64,000 bases of DNA. Source: Camelus dromedarius (taxonomy: Eukaryota). The stretch spans positions 57,722,001 through 57,786,000 of the forward strand of contig NC_087446.1 of assembly GCF_036321535.1 (NCBI RefSeq). Direction: 5' to 3'. This document shows, piece by piece, positions 1 to 13,800 of the stretch (positions within the stretch are counted from its first letter, which is position 1; the number at the start of each line of letters is the position of its first letter). Position numbers and translations under genes: made by a program. The notes under the pieces are model-generated. The model ran no database searches. It was not told the DNA's origin and saw only the letters and a program-made list of their open reading frames with translations.

Positions 1-769
1 GGCTTATGCAGAGGGCTGGCTGCTTCCAAATGCATTTGACAGTTTAAAGAAAGAAAACGCAACTTCAATGTATCAATTACCTCGTAACCAAAGAGATGGC
101 ACAGCCAATATGAAATCCTGTTCCTACAGTTTCCGTAACAGTAAAACTGATGTAATTCACAACCTCTCCATGTGTCTTAGGTGAATGTTAAGGTGTTGAT
201 TGGGAAAGAGTAGGGACTGAGAATCGGATTGAAGGCATCTGTGGACTCAGATGACTCGGAACATCTGAACATGGAGGCTCCACCTAGACTCCCTTGCCAA
301 CAGAAGGATCCTGCTTCTCTGCTTCATGAAATTGGTCATGCATTTCTAGAGACTCTGCAATTACCTCACTTAAAGGAGGTAATTTTTCTCACATATGCAT
401 TCACTGCTCACAGACTATTTTCAAACCTCTAGCATGTATCCAAGTCTGGCATTTTCCAGGAGATGGTAAGCCATGGAAAAGCTAAGAAGGAAGAGCCTTA
501 CATATGAAAAGTTTTACAAGTTTTTGCTAATTAAAAAAAAAAATCATTGGTGGTGATGATGAAACCAAACCAAACCAAAAGCAGCAACAACAAAGAAACA
601 TCAAAATTACCTTTGGCCTCTGAAATGCTGGGAGTCAAAATCCCTCCCACCAGAAACAAGCTTAGCACCAGAGCCCCTTATTGATTCACAGACAACATGA
701 GTGAAACGTAAGTCCATTTTACTAAGTGAAAGAATCATTCAAAGGCTGAGCATTATAGGATTCTATGTG

Positions 770-1900
770 TGTGACAATCTGGATCAGCAAATCGATCAGG
801 ATAGAAAACAAATCAGTTGTTGCCAGGGTTGAGAGAGGGATGAAGGGTTGACTGCAATGGGGCAACATGAGGGACTTTGTGAGATGTTACAGCTCTCCTG
901 TGTGGTTCTGTGGGGGTGGAAACATGACTCCATGCATTTTCAAACACACACAGAGCAGTAAACAGCCCACAGGAAGTGACTTTCGCTAAGTGAAAATTTT
1001 TTTAAAATATCTCCCAGGATGTTGCTGAAACTGAAGAGGAACCCATACTGTGACAAGTAAATCTTGAAAGCAGCTTTTTTGCCCCTTTCCTATTTCTGTC
1101 CCCCTTATGACCTTAAAAGAGCCTAATTACAGCAATGTGACCGCTAAGCAACTGAAACTAACTCCTGACTTACACTCTCCTCAATGCACACCACACCTTG
1201 TCTAAACTGTTGATTCTTGCCTGGATAAAAAGAAGTCAGAATGAGGAACTACGCAGTTAAAGAATGATTAGCCCTCTATTCCCAGCAGCCCCCTTAGGCA
1301 GATCACGGGGCAAGATAGCATCTGAATAGTCAGCCAGTCTGCATGTGATGGACACTGAGGCAGAACCAACCTCCTGCCTCAATGAGTCACTCAGATTCCT
1401 CCCCTCACTCAGATTCCTCCCCTCCATATTTCCTTTTAGAAACTGTCATGGCTGAGCAGAATCTTCCAAGCTGATCTCCCGACATGAGTCTACCATTTCC
1501 CCAGATTGCCAGCTTTTCTGATTAAAACCTTTCCTTTCTACTGACACTTGCCTCTCGAATTTATTGGCTTTTGAGCAGTGAGCTGCCAAACCTGAGTTTG
1601 TTAACAATCTCACTGTTTCACAAATTAATGACATGACCAATACTAAAGGGGGCACGTAAGAAATGTATTGGCCTAAGTAATTTTGGAAAACTGCTTTAAC
1701 TTGATAATCTGAGGCTGATTTAAAGAAAATCACAAACACTGTAATTCTAGTGACAAATTTGCTTCTCATAGGCATATGGGTTAAAGCAATTCTAAAATTA
1801 CTCTATATGTTCATTAGATTTGAATAAATAAATGTATATATTTTCATAACATGAGCAAGGCTTCTCCCTATCAGGTAAGAAGTTATACAAATGCAAATGA
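770..1900 (+). mobile_element. Old L1 (L1MC/MD-like) 3' UTR relic, interrupted by a solo LTR
   Basis: L1M 3' UTR-like text (aaacaaatcagttgttgccaggg at ~805; catactgtgacaagtaaatct|cactgtttcacaaatt across the LTR). It resembles the L1 3' UTR at ~13300-13500. Recognised by eye. Confidence 0.55.
1065..1606 (+). mobile_element. Solo ERV LTR (class I/ERV1-like), 542 bp
   Basis: TGAAAG...TTAACA termini, 4-bp TSD ATCT (1061-1064 and 1607-1610), ATTAAA at 1521-1526 and a U5-like end. The host L1 text resumes across it. Confidence 0.75.
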
Positions 1901-2109
1901 ACAGTATCACAATAAACTCTGGACTAAAGGACTGAAGTTAGAAGTAGCATATGAACTTTTGTGTATTTTACATAAAGTTGATCCATTAATGGACCTGATA
2001 TTTGCAAATGTGTCTTCTAAAATGTATTAATAAGCCCCAAATCATACAGGGGGCACTTTCCCAGAGAGAACATACACAGAGAAGAAAAAAAACTGTTATC
2101 CTTCATACA

Positions 2110-2265
2110 CTGTCTCAGCTGAGGTTAGACGAGGTGATGCTCTGTTTTCTTTTTTCAATTGTCATACCTTAAACAAATGCCCTTTTCATGGCCTATTTAA
2201 TGTCACATTTTTTACATTTTTGTGTTTTTTATTGGTGTTTTTACTGCTTAAGATGGTCTTCAAAG
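2110..2265. mobile_element. Probable TcMar-Tigger-type DNA transposon relic
   Basis: gaggttagacgaggtgatgctctg...aaacaaatgcccttttcatggcctatttaatgtcac resembles recalled Tigger/MER consensus text. Family not determined. Confidence 0.35.
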
Positions 2266-2420
2266 AACTTTCTTAAAAACGTGTATGTTCTTATAATCCA
2301 TTATTGAATATACTTACATAAAAGCAGATTCTACTAAAAACTGAAAGCACATGAATTGCTATGCTCAAGAGAGATATGTTATTGTTTAAGATTGTTATTA
2401 GAAGGATTCGTTTTCAGCAC

Positions 2421-2528
2421 TGCCCTGGTTTGCACAGTGCTCTTCAAAAAATTCATGTCCACCTGGAATCTCTAGATACGATCTTATTTGGAAATAGAGT
2501 CTTTGCAAATGTAATCAAGTTAAGACGA
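2421..2528 (+). mobile_element. MaLR MLT1 (MLT1B/C-like) LTR 5' fragment
   Basis: aaattcatgtccacctggaatct...atcttatttggaaatagagtctttgcaaatgtaatcaagttaag matches the characteristic MLT1 start. Confidence 0.65.
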
Positions 2529-5500
2529 TTTGCTCAGTTTAGTTAATTTTTGATGATTATTTTAATTAAAGTAATTTTCCATGCAGCTTTATTTAATAAA
2601 ATGTTGTCCAAGATGCATAATTTTAAATAACATTTTGGCCTACAGATAAACATCAGATAAATACAATAGCGATGTTTGCAATTAAACGTGAGCATGTTTA
2701 TGTCACATTAGTCAAGTTCTTTTTAATAGTCTCTTTCTTCAATATGTCCTGCATTTTGCTTAATCATATACCATGAATAACTTCATCTGTCTCCCAAAGA
2801 AACAGTAAGAATAACTTAAAAATCTTTGTTCAGAAAGTTTCTTTTATTTTAAGATCATTAAACAGTCCCAATTTCCATTTAATTTAAACTGTATGTATGT
2901 TTTATGGAACTCCTGGATTAAATAGCAACAAAATATGTCTTGAATAATTAATGTAAGTGGAATATTATATATGTCTTTTCAGATCAAAGTAGTGAGTAGT
3001 AAAATAATGCTGGGAGAGAATATTGCTTGTACTGAACAAGAGAAAGGGAATCTAAGATTTCAAAAATAATGTCGAATTCTCACAATTTTTCTAAGAAGTC
3101 AAAATTATGCAAAGAGCTGTCTTTGTCATCTTTGTATTCTCAGAAAGTAAGCTGGAGCCCAACACATACTAAATTAATTATGGAATGAGTAACTGATAGT
3201 GATTCTAGTCACGATCAGGTTTTCTATGTCATCATTCAGGGGCAAGATATAAAACCTTTAGGGCAAGTCTGGTATCTTTTACGGTGTAGAATAATGGAGA
3301 TCTCAGCCCCAGTCTAAAACATCACAATGAAGTCTTCATATTTTCCTTATGATTGGAGAAAAACCCACTTTTTCACAACTTAGTCTGCCACCACTTAGAA
3401 ACTGTTAATCTCGAATACCACTTGGTTACTGTTTCTACTCCTTGGGAAGTTATGAATTATTATAAAAAATGTAAATCTTTCTATATATTTTTCTGCTCTG
3501 ATATCAGGCCACTATCACCTAAATATTTTGTTCTAAATTGTGTACTAATTCCGACCATTGTTTAATGCTTAGTGTCTTGAGAACACCAATCTCCACCGTG
3601 CCTTTTTTGTTTATTCATCAGCTAATCCCCCCGAGTCCATTGTAATGGAGATAAAATTATGGCTAGACTGAGTAACTTTACTTCTGCCCAAAAGATCATA
3701 TCATCTTGCCCACGAAGCTTGGAAAGACATTACATCAGCTGTCCTTTCAATTATAACTTATTTCAAGTACCAAGGTGATACTTCTCCAAGTGACAATAGG
3801 TAGGATACCACCTACCCACCTACAGGCAGGATAAGTGGGAACGCAAACCCTCAGAGAAACTTGGATTGCTGTTCAGAAATGGGTTGATAAATGGCCTTTT
3901 TGTAAAAGCCATAGAGGAGCTGTGAGAATTAGTCTTTATTATCAATATTTTGGATATTTGGTTATAAATATAAGATGACAGGGGAGAAACAGATTGCGAA
4001 GGCTTTTAAAAATCCCAAAGCACTTAGTTTTCAGAAATTAAAGAAGACATTAGAAATGATATTGACTAAACCAGTCACATTTGCTATAAGAGTAAGTATT
4101 TTTTGACAGTTTCTTTTAGGAACTTATTTTTTGCTGTAATAGTGTGTATTTATGCTTTACACAAGTAATCTCAATTATGCACACTGAATTAATAAACTAC
4201 ACAATGTGTATGAAATATATAAATGAAGAAACTTTTAAAGCTACTACAATTTAATTTTTTGCAACATTTTTGTTTATTATAATATAAATATTTTGTGATT
4301 AATAGGACGTCTATGATTTTTGTGTTCTTGCCTATATATCTTTTCATAATCACTTTTAATATAATTAGTATTAGGACACCTTGTAATCATTTTTGTAGAA
4401 TATTCAAAATAATCTTCTTGATGTATTTTATCCGGAGGAGATATTTATGTTTTACTTTTGCAGAATATGAATTTCATACATAGTGAAGGTTAGCATTCAT
4501 CATATAAAGGTAAAAGACAAAAAGAAGATGCATAGCTTATGACCACAAAGAGAACAGATGATTGTAAGTGGGAAAATATCCCTCTCAGTAATTACGCAGG
4601 CAAACATTGTAAGTTCATTATCCTATTAATTGGCTGATACTGACAAAATAGTATCACTAAACCTCTGAAGAGTATACAAAACAAATGAGGCCTTACACAC
4701 TTAGGCAGGCTTTCTGGACATGTAAGTGTTGAAAAATAGTATCTTAGATGACAGCACATCTAAAGCTTCAATGGAAAAGAATAACTTAAAACGGGAGCAA
4801 ACAATTAAATAAATCCTGTACACTACCAAGAATTACATTAGATACCAAATATGGGAAAAAAGAAAAGAAAGACTCTTTGCCTCTCCAAAACTTACCTTGA
4901 ATGTCAACTATTCCCTTTTATTATCCCTGAAGGAAAAAATAAGCAATACTGTGGAGAAGTGCAAAACGATTTTGGAAATAAGTAAAAACACTGGCAGTTT
5001 ATAAAAATAAAATTAGGACTTAAGTAAAAGTACTACTTTGTATGTTTTCACATATATTTACATATAAATATATTCAGATATTGGACATTGTAGACTCATG
5101 ATAGATAAGCAGTTAAGAAAAATATGTTCAAGAAGAGTATATTTACAGTCTTACAAGACACCGTTATAATAGATTAGTAATTAAAACTAGAGTGTCTTGC
5201 AGTGTAGACATTGAGATAATTGGGAAAACCCTCTCATCCATTAAATACCTCTATATACTATTCTCTGGGATGCATTACTCTATCAGATGGACAACAGAGT
5301 TGTCTCCGAGGATTATGAAAGTTCATATGGGTAAGGAGAGAGAAGTGCTTATTCAAAAAGTAGAAATATTTACAATGTGTATGAAGAAGAAAGCAACAAA
5401 AGAGTATCTTCAAGAATATTGTGGTAGTTGGAAGGAAGCTCTAAATAAGAATTTTACTTGGGGCTTTAATCTCTATTTTTTTGTTGTTGTTTTCAGGAAT

Positions 5501-5775
5501 ATACTCAAACATTCAGAAGACAGACATTTATACTGAAACGTGTGAGAATACAATGAAGGAAATATAGAATAGTGAATTAATATATATCATAATGAATTAC
5601 AGAGTTTTTTAAGTATTTTGTTTCTACGTGCTACAAAACAATTTTTCTCTAAAAGCACGAGGCAGCAATATTTTCAAGTGTGCGTGCATGCATGTGTGTG
5701 TGTTTCTTGGCTGGTGCCATAGCTTTCTTTTATCTTCATCTATTTTACAGCTAGAACAAAGAATGTCATTAGAAA

Positions 5776-6714
5776 GAAGGAAATTACACAGAAGTAACAG
5801 AATTTATTTTTCTTGGATTGACAAATGACCCACAGTGGCAGGTTGCACTTTTCATATTTCTTCTTGTTACCTACATGCTGAGTGTGACTGAGAACCTGAT
5901 CATTATCACCCTCACCCTTTCAGATCCCCATCTGCAGGCTCCAATGTATTTCTTCCTTCGAAACTTCTCATTCCTAGAAATATCATTCACGTCGGTCTGC
6001 ATTCCCAGATTCCTTGTCACTGTCGTGACGGGGGACAGAACCATTTCTTTTAATGGTTGTGTGCCGCAGTTGTTTTTCTTCATCTTCTTGGGGGTGACGG
6101 AATTTTACCTTCTGGCCGCCATGTCCTATGACCGCTACGTGGCCATCTGCAAACCCCTGCACTACACGACCATCATGAACAGCAGAGTCTGCATACTTCT
6201 AGTCTTTAGCTCACGGCTCGCAGGATTCCTGATCATCTTTCCACCAATAATCCTGCTGCTGCAGTTGGATTTCTGTGCCTCCAATATAATTGATCACTTT
6301 ATCTGTGATTCTTCTCCAATTCTGCAGCTTTCTTGCACAAGCACTCGCTTTCTAGAACTCATGGCATTTTTTTTAGCTGTGGTAACACTCATGGTCACCC
6401 TCACACTAGTTATTCTCTCCTACACTTGTATCATCCGGACAATTCTGACGTTTCCCTTCACAGGTCAAAGGAAAAAAGCCTTTTCCACGTGTTCCTCCCA
6501 CATGGTAGTTGTCTCCCTCTCTTACGGCAGCTGCATCTTCATGTACATTAAGCCTTCTGCCCGGGAAAGAGTGACTTTAAGCAAAGGAGTAGCTGTGCTC
6601 AACACCTCAGTGGCTCCCCTCTTGAATCCATTTATATACACACTACGAAATCAGCAAGTGAAGCAAACCTTCAAGAACATGGTCCAGAGAATGGCCTTCT
6701 CTTTAAATAAATGA
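5776..6714 (+). pseudogene. OR6C75-like: OR6C75-like olfactory receptor lacking its start codon; probable pseudogene
   Basis: Motifs [34 protein letters not shown] and [12 protein letters not shown] are present. The frame is open from 5773 ([16 protein letters not shown]) but preceded by TAG at 5770-5772, with no in-frame ATG before TM1. GN>EN (5890-5892) and TM4 W>R (6214-6216). Confidence 0.85.
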
Positions 6715-8319
6715 CTGTGATTGTTTAAAAGAAGCACCTCTGAAAACTCAGCTAAATGAAAAACTCTGAGTTTCGCTACATAAATTCTTGAAGCGCCTCA
6801 ATTCATTCTTTCAGTTAGACGTATGTATATATCTTCAATGCCCCTTTCTCTTATTAGCCTAAAAACAAGGTCTTATTTTAAGTTATATGGGAAAAATCAA
6901 CTTGCATCCATGTAACAAATATTTAGATATCAGTAATCTACATTGTTTCTCATATCAAAGCAAGGTTGACTATGGATTCAAACAAAAATAGAGATTGCTA
7001 TAAGAAGCTTACTAAAATCCACATACAAAAATAAAATTTATGTGAAATAAAAATATGTATCTTAATATCTCTAAAATTTCTTCTATGTCAGCACGAAAAT
7101 ATGGTATACAGTCTAAAAGCATGATTAAAATATCTCCTTCAACTTATCAATAAAATATAAGTAAAATGTGTTGCAAAATTAAATAGACATTTCAGGTAAA
7201 ATATGTTTTAAGAATTATTAAACTTGCTATATGAAATGAGGCTGCATTAACTTTTGTATTAGTTTTCCCGGAAAATAATTGCACTTTCTGTGCAACAGAA
7301 GAGATTGAATTTTCCTTAGTTTCCCTTTGAAAATATTTCCTAAAAATAGATGATTTAACTGAAGGTTATGCTGTTTTTACCAATTATACTGGAAAAGGAA
7401 AGCCATGGTCTATGAAGGTAAATTAAGCTACCCTGATAAAATTCATATTTATATTCAGATTCTTTCAATTCATACAAATATGGTCTTTCTTACACTCATG
7501 AAGAAAATGACAAACTCAGAATCTAAAATGGTGTGAGACAGTGACATTCTAGAGAGTATCTTGGAAAAGATGACATAAGCATAATTTACGTCTTAGCTTT
7601 CCTTTATCTGCACATCTACAATACTGTCTTGATCTTTCCATTGTCTCTTTCACAGAAGGTCCTACATCATTCACTCATATCCAAGAAAATGACCCCGGGA
7701 GGAAAAATTTGACAACTGTAAAAAATGTGTCCAAGCCCAGTTCCTATAGCTAATGAGCCCCTCGCCTGCTGTGTATCATTAAGAAAATTTGTTGTCTTGG
7801 GACAGTATTATGTCTAACTACGTACAGGCTAAGTGGATTTGACTTTGGCTTCTTGATTTCCAGGTTGGTCTGATATGTAAGTTAATGTAAAGAGCCCTAT
7901 GTATTTTGAGTCCACAATAGAAACCCTTTTTCTTATTGCTTATAGACGGGTGTGAGTGTCTGTAGGCACTCACCTATTCTTACCATTGTACTTTCATAGA
8001 ATGGGTTACATTTTTTTTTTCAAATAGATTTAACATGATACTATCACAAAATAAAAATTAAATGATAACTTTATTTGTTTATGAATTCGTTACTGGGGAA
8101 GTTTGTAAAGAAATAAAACAATTGCCTTTATAACTTGTAACAAGCAGGCAGAAATACAAAAGGGAAAATTAGGAGTATGGAAAACAACATCCAAATGTTA
8201 ACTAAATGAGTAAACACTACATATATGACATATATGACAGCGATGTAGGTAGACAGGAGCGGCAGAGAGACAGGGTAAGGGAAACTTGATCCTCTCCATT
8301 GACAAAAACTTATCTGAAG

Positions 8320-8735
8320 AATTAAATTTTTCCATTTGCAACAACATGGATGAACCTGGAGGGTATTATGCTTAGTGAAATAAGACAGAGAAAGACAAAT
8401 GCTGTATGTTAACACTTATTTGTGAATTCTAAAAAATAAAACAAGCAAGTGAATATAACAAAACAAAGAAAACAGACTTACAGATACAGAGAATAAACCA
8501 GTGGTGATCAGTGAAGAGAGGAAAGGGGGAAGGGGCAAGATAGGGGTGAGAGATTAAGAGATGCAAACCAGTATGTTAAAATAAATCAGCCACAAAGATA
8601 CGCAATACAACACAGGAAATATAGCTAATATTTTATAACCATAAATGGAATATAACTTTTTAAAATTGTGAATCACTATGTTGTTAACCTGAAATATATA
8701 TTTTCCATCAACTATACCGCACTAAAAAATAAACA
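8320..8735 (+). mobile_element. L1 3' end fragment (L1MA9-like)
   Basis: ccatttgcaacaacatggatgaacctggagggtattatgcttagtgaaataag...catcaactatac followed by an A-rich tail. Confidence 0.85.
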
Positions 8736-9164
8736 AATACATTTTAAATGTGAAAAGAGATAATTACTTCTAAATGAATATAAAATTTCAAAAACAAAAA
8801 TAAAGTTAAAAAGGACAATTCTATCTTAAATCCCTCCTTAAACTGAAATCATTACAGTTCCGTTTATGAGAAGAGAGGTACAAGTGGATGAAAAGGCAGA
8901 GGAGGGAACGCCTAACAGCACAGAGAAAGTATCGGTCTTCGCTGTGAATACGGGATTTGGTTGGCTACTCAAATGAAATTCATCACCATTTGAAATAACA
9001 CTCAGAGAATATTAGACAAAGCATGGTCTGTTTTCCCCATTCATGGAGTCAAACATACTATTAAAGTTCTATATGAAAATAATTATTAGAAACTATGAAC
9101 TAGGAACTGTGCAAATAGATTTTATAGCACATCGATGGCTCAAATTTTCTACCTGTTCACTAAA

Positions 9165-10050
9165 AAGATTGTAAAAGTGCTCGAAGTCACTAATCATCAA
9201 AGAAATGCAAATCAAAACCACAATTAGATATCTTCTCATACCTGTTAGAATGAATATTATCAAAAGGCAAATGTTAAGTGTTTGTGAGGATGTGGAGAAA
9301 AGGGAAACCTTGTACTCTGTCCTTGGGATGTAAACTGGTAGTCACTATAGAAAACAGTATGAAGATACCTTTAAAAATTGAAAATAGAACTACTATATGA
9401 CCCAGCAGTTCCACCTCTGAATATATATCTGAAAGAAACAAAATCAGTATCTGAAGAGACAGTCTGTACTGCCATTTTCATTTCAGCATTATTATTCACA
9501 ATACACAAGATATGGAAACAACCTAATTATCCATCAACAGATAGATGGATAAAGAAAGAATACATATATTTGTAATGGAATATTATTCAGCCTGCCATTG
9601 CAACAACATAGATGAACATAGAGGACATTATGCTAAGGAAAATAAGCTAGAGAAAGACAAATATTGTATGGCATCACTTATATCCGGAATCTAAAAAGTA
9701 AATAAATAACTCAAACTCATAGTAAGAGAGAACAGAATGGTGGTTGCCCAGGGATGGAGAGGTCGGGGAAATAGGAAAATGTTATAACTTTCAGTAAAAG
9801 GAATAAGTTCTGAGGAGTTAATATACAGTACAGTGACTATAGTTAATAATACTGTATTCTTGGAATTTGCTAAGAGAGTGGATCTTAAGCCTTCTCAAAT
9901 TACATACACACTAATTAATTGGAAGTGATGGATATGTTAATTAACTTGACTATGATAATCATTTTACAATGTATATGTGCATCAAATCTTCACACTGTAC
10001 ATTTTAAATAGTTACAGTTTTATTTATCAGTTATAAAACTGGGGGAAACA
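9165..10050 (+). mobile_element. L1 ORF2 C-terminus plus 3' UTR relic
   Basis: cactaatcatcaaagaaatgcaaatcaaaaccaca...; degenerate translation MKIELLYDPAVPPLNIYLKE. Confidence 0.85.
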
Positions 10051-10084
10051 AAAGATTAAGTGAACTCGTTTAAAAAAAAAAAAT

Positions 10085-10850
10085 GGGCAAAATCCCAAAG
10101 AACAACTACACTAAATGCTGGTTAGAATGTGGAGCAACAGTAATTCTTATTCATTGCTGGCAGGAATGCAAAATGGGACAGCCACTTTGGAAGAAAGTTT
10201 GGCAATTTCTTACATATGGTCCAGTAATCGCACTCCTCAGTATTTACCCAAAGTTGCTGAAAATTATGTCCTCACAAAAAACTGCATACAAATATTTATA
10301 ACAGCTTTATTAATTAATTGCCAAAATTTGGAAAGCCACCAAGATGTTCTTCAGTAGGTGAATGGATGAATAAACTGTGGTACATCAGACAATGGAATAT
10401 TATTTAGTACTAAAAGAAAATGAGCTATCAAATCATGAAAACACATAAAGGATCATTAAATGCACATTACTAAGTAAAAGATCCAATCCAAAAAGGCCAC
10501 ACACTATGATTACCACTATCTGACATTCTAGAAAAAGTAGAACTATGGTGATGGTAAAAACATCAGTGTTTGAGGGTTGGGGATAGGGATGACTAGGAGG
10601 GACACAGAGGATTTTTAGGGCATTGAAAATATTCCGTGTGATACTATAATGATAGATACAAGTCATTTTACTTTTGTCTAAAGTGTAGAATCTATAACAC
10701 CAAGAGTAAACACTAAGGACTTTAGGTGACTTATGTGTTACTATAGGTTCATCAGCTGTGACAATTGTACTGCTCTGGTGGGGCATGTGGAAAATTTCTG
10801 TATCTTCTCAATTTTGCTATGAACGTAAAGGCACTCTTAAAAACAGACTT
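10085..10850 (+). mobile_element. L1 (L1MC1-like) 3' end relic
   Basis: Degenerate ORF2 end (KCWLECGATVILIHCWQECKMGQPLWK) followed by L1MC-type 3' UTR. Confidence 0.8.
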
Positions 10851-10869
10851 TAAAAAGGGAAAAGGAAAA

Positions 10870-13800
10870 ATGACTCTAGGCTCAAAAATTTGAAACCTTT
10901 AAATGAAAAAGATCAATTCCTTGAAAGAAAACTATGGAACTCACACAAGGAAAAGGAGATAACCTGAATAGGTCTATATTCATTAAAAAAAAGTACACTG
11001 ATAATTAACAACTTTCCAAAAAGCCAGCCCCAGATTCAGACAGTTTCAATGGTTAATTCTACCAAACATAAGAAAGAAGCTATGTTAATTCTCTAAAAAT
11101 CTTTTTCAGAAAACAAAAGCAGAGGGGACACTTCCTAACTTATTCCACAAGGCCAGCATTACTCTAATACCAAAACCAGATAAAGTCATGACAATAAAAA
11201 ACTACTGATAAATATCTCCCACAAACATGGAGGAAAGCTTTCTCAACAAAATATTAACAAATCACATTTAACAATGTACAAAATGAATTAAACATCATGA
11301 ACACATGGGATTTACCCCAGATATCCAGGTCTGGCTCAACATTTGAAAAATCAATACAAGTAACCCATCATATCAACAGGCTAAAGAAAACAAGTTATGT
11401 TATATCACATGATCTAGAAAGAGCACTTCAACAACAAAACTAATTCATCGTAAAAAGTTTCAGCAAACTGAGAATGAGAAGAAAGTCCTCAACTTAAAAA
11501 GAACATCTAGAAAAAAAAAACATACAGCTAACATCCTACTTAATATTGATGAACTTGATGCTTTACCCCTAAGTTCAGGAACATGGCAATTATTTCCTCT
11601 CTTATCGCTCCTATTCAACATACTACTGGAAGCCTGATTAGTCAAATAAGGCAAGAAAAAAAAAATACATACAGATTTGAAAGAGAGAAAACTATGTGCA
11701 AAATCCTGAAGAACTGACTGGAAAAAAACCTTCCTGGGATTAATATGTGATTATAGAAATGCTGGGGGACATAGGTTAATACACAAGAATCAGTAAAAGT
11801 CACTTTTCTACCTACATATCAGCAACTAACAAAATTTAGAATCTGAAACAAAAAAAAAATTAGAATTTGAAACAAAGTAAACTATTTACAGTAATGCCAA
11901 AAAGAGAAATACTTAGGTATAAATCAAATGAAATATGTATAAAACCTATATGCAGAAAACCACAAAACACTGATGAAAGAAATCGAAGATATAAATAAAT
12001 ATTGTTAAGATATCAATTCTCCTCAATTTATTCTGTATATTCTTCACAATACCAGTCAATAGCTCAGCAAGCTACTTTGTAGGCATCAGCAAACTGATTC
12101 TGAAGTTTAGGTGGAAATGCAAACACCTAGAATAGCCTAGAATAGTCAACACAATACTTAAGAAGAAAAGAAACAAAGGTCAAAAACTCATAATATCCAA
12201 TTTCAATATTCACAACAAAGATAAACTAATGAATACAGAGTGATATTGGCAAAAGTATAGACACATGGATCAATGGAACAATAGAGATTCTAGAAATAGA
12301 ACAACATGCATATAGTCAGTAAATCTTTGACAAAGGAGAAAAGGCAATTTAATTGAGAAAAGTTAATCTTTTTCACAAATAGTACTGGTAGAAATGGATA
12401 TTCATATAAAAAACTACCCTAGACACAGACCTTCCACAAATGTTAACTCAAAATGGATCATAGACCTAATTATAAAATACAACACCAAATGATATTTATA
12501 TACAACAATAAATACATAATCTATGAAACAAGTAATTGTTAAGCTTGTCTCATTAAAATGTAAAACTTCTGGTCTGCAATGGCACTATNNNNNNNNNNNN
12601 NNNNNNNNNNNNNNNNNNNNNNNNNNNNNNNNNNNNNNNNNNNNNNNNNNNNNNNNNNNNNNNNNNNNNNNNNNNNNNNNNNNNNNNNNNNNNNNNNNNN
12701 NNNNNNNNNNNNNNNNNNNNNNNNNNNNNNNNNNNNNNNNNNNNNNNNNNNNNNNNNNNNNNNNCCAAAGGTGATACATAGAAGGAAAATAATAAGCATA
12801 TGGAAAGATGTTCAGCATCATTGTCATTAGATAATTGCAAATTAAAACAGCAATGAGCTACCACTATGCACACACTGTAATGACTAAATTGTAAAACAAT
12901 GACAACACCAACTGTCAGAGATAAAGCAGAGCAACAGGAACTCTGATACTCTCATTTATGAGCTATCAAGCCAGGAAAAGACATGGGTGAAGCTTAAATC
13001 CATATTTCTAATCTAATGAAGTCAATCTGAAAAGGCAACATACTATATGATTCTGGTTTATGATATCCTAGAAAAAGCAAAACTATATATAATATAAAAA
13101 GATCCATGGTTGCCCGAGATTACTGTAAGAAAGCGAAGCTTACAAGGGTGAACTGAATGGGGAATTTAAGGCAAAGAAACTATTCTGTGTACTACTGTAA
13201 TGGTGAATTCACGGTACTATGCATTTGCCAAAATTTATAGAACATTACACTACAAAGAGTAAACCTTAATTTATACAAATGTTTAAAAAATTATTTAAGA
13301 GGTCAGGGGATCACAGAGTGGAATACAGACTATGATCTCCCCAAATAACTGTATTTTAAATGTATGCAGTTATCTTACTGAAGGGAGTAGAATTGAAAGT
13401 TGCTGACCTAAATTACTTCAGAAATGATTGAAATATGTAAGATTAAAAACAAATAAAATGTACATAAGTATTGCACTCTAGCTAATAAAGTGGTTTCCCA
13501 TCATTGTATAGGTCAATGATTTTGATAACACTATATATGTATATAAAAATTTAACAATTAAGTAAATGGATCGTGGAGCCAAGATTCTCACTTTTGCAGT
13601 GGGAGATGACAGAGAAGCAAGAGAGGGAAACTACAATCCATGTGGTAACGGAGATAACAGTATGGGTTCATTTTTAGCTTAATAATGATCCAAAAGGTAA
13701 TAGAGAGGAATATTTATGCATATGTATTTATATAGAGGTTAGTTGGCTCACATATATTTCCTGGTTCTGTCCTCTTAGAGGACCCAGAAGCAATGGCACC

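Noticed and set aside
8128-8415. Hydrophobic 95-aa minus-strand ORF
   Set aside because: Partly antisense L1 3' UTR; no recognisable domain.
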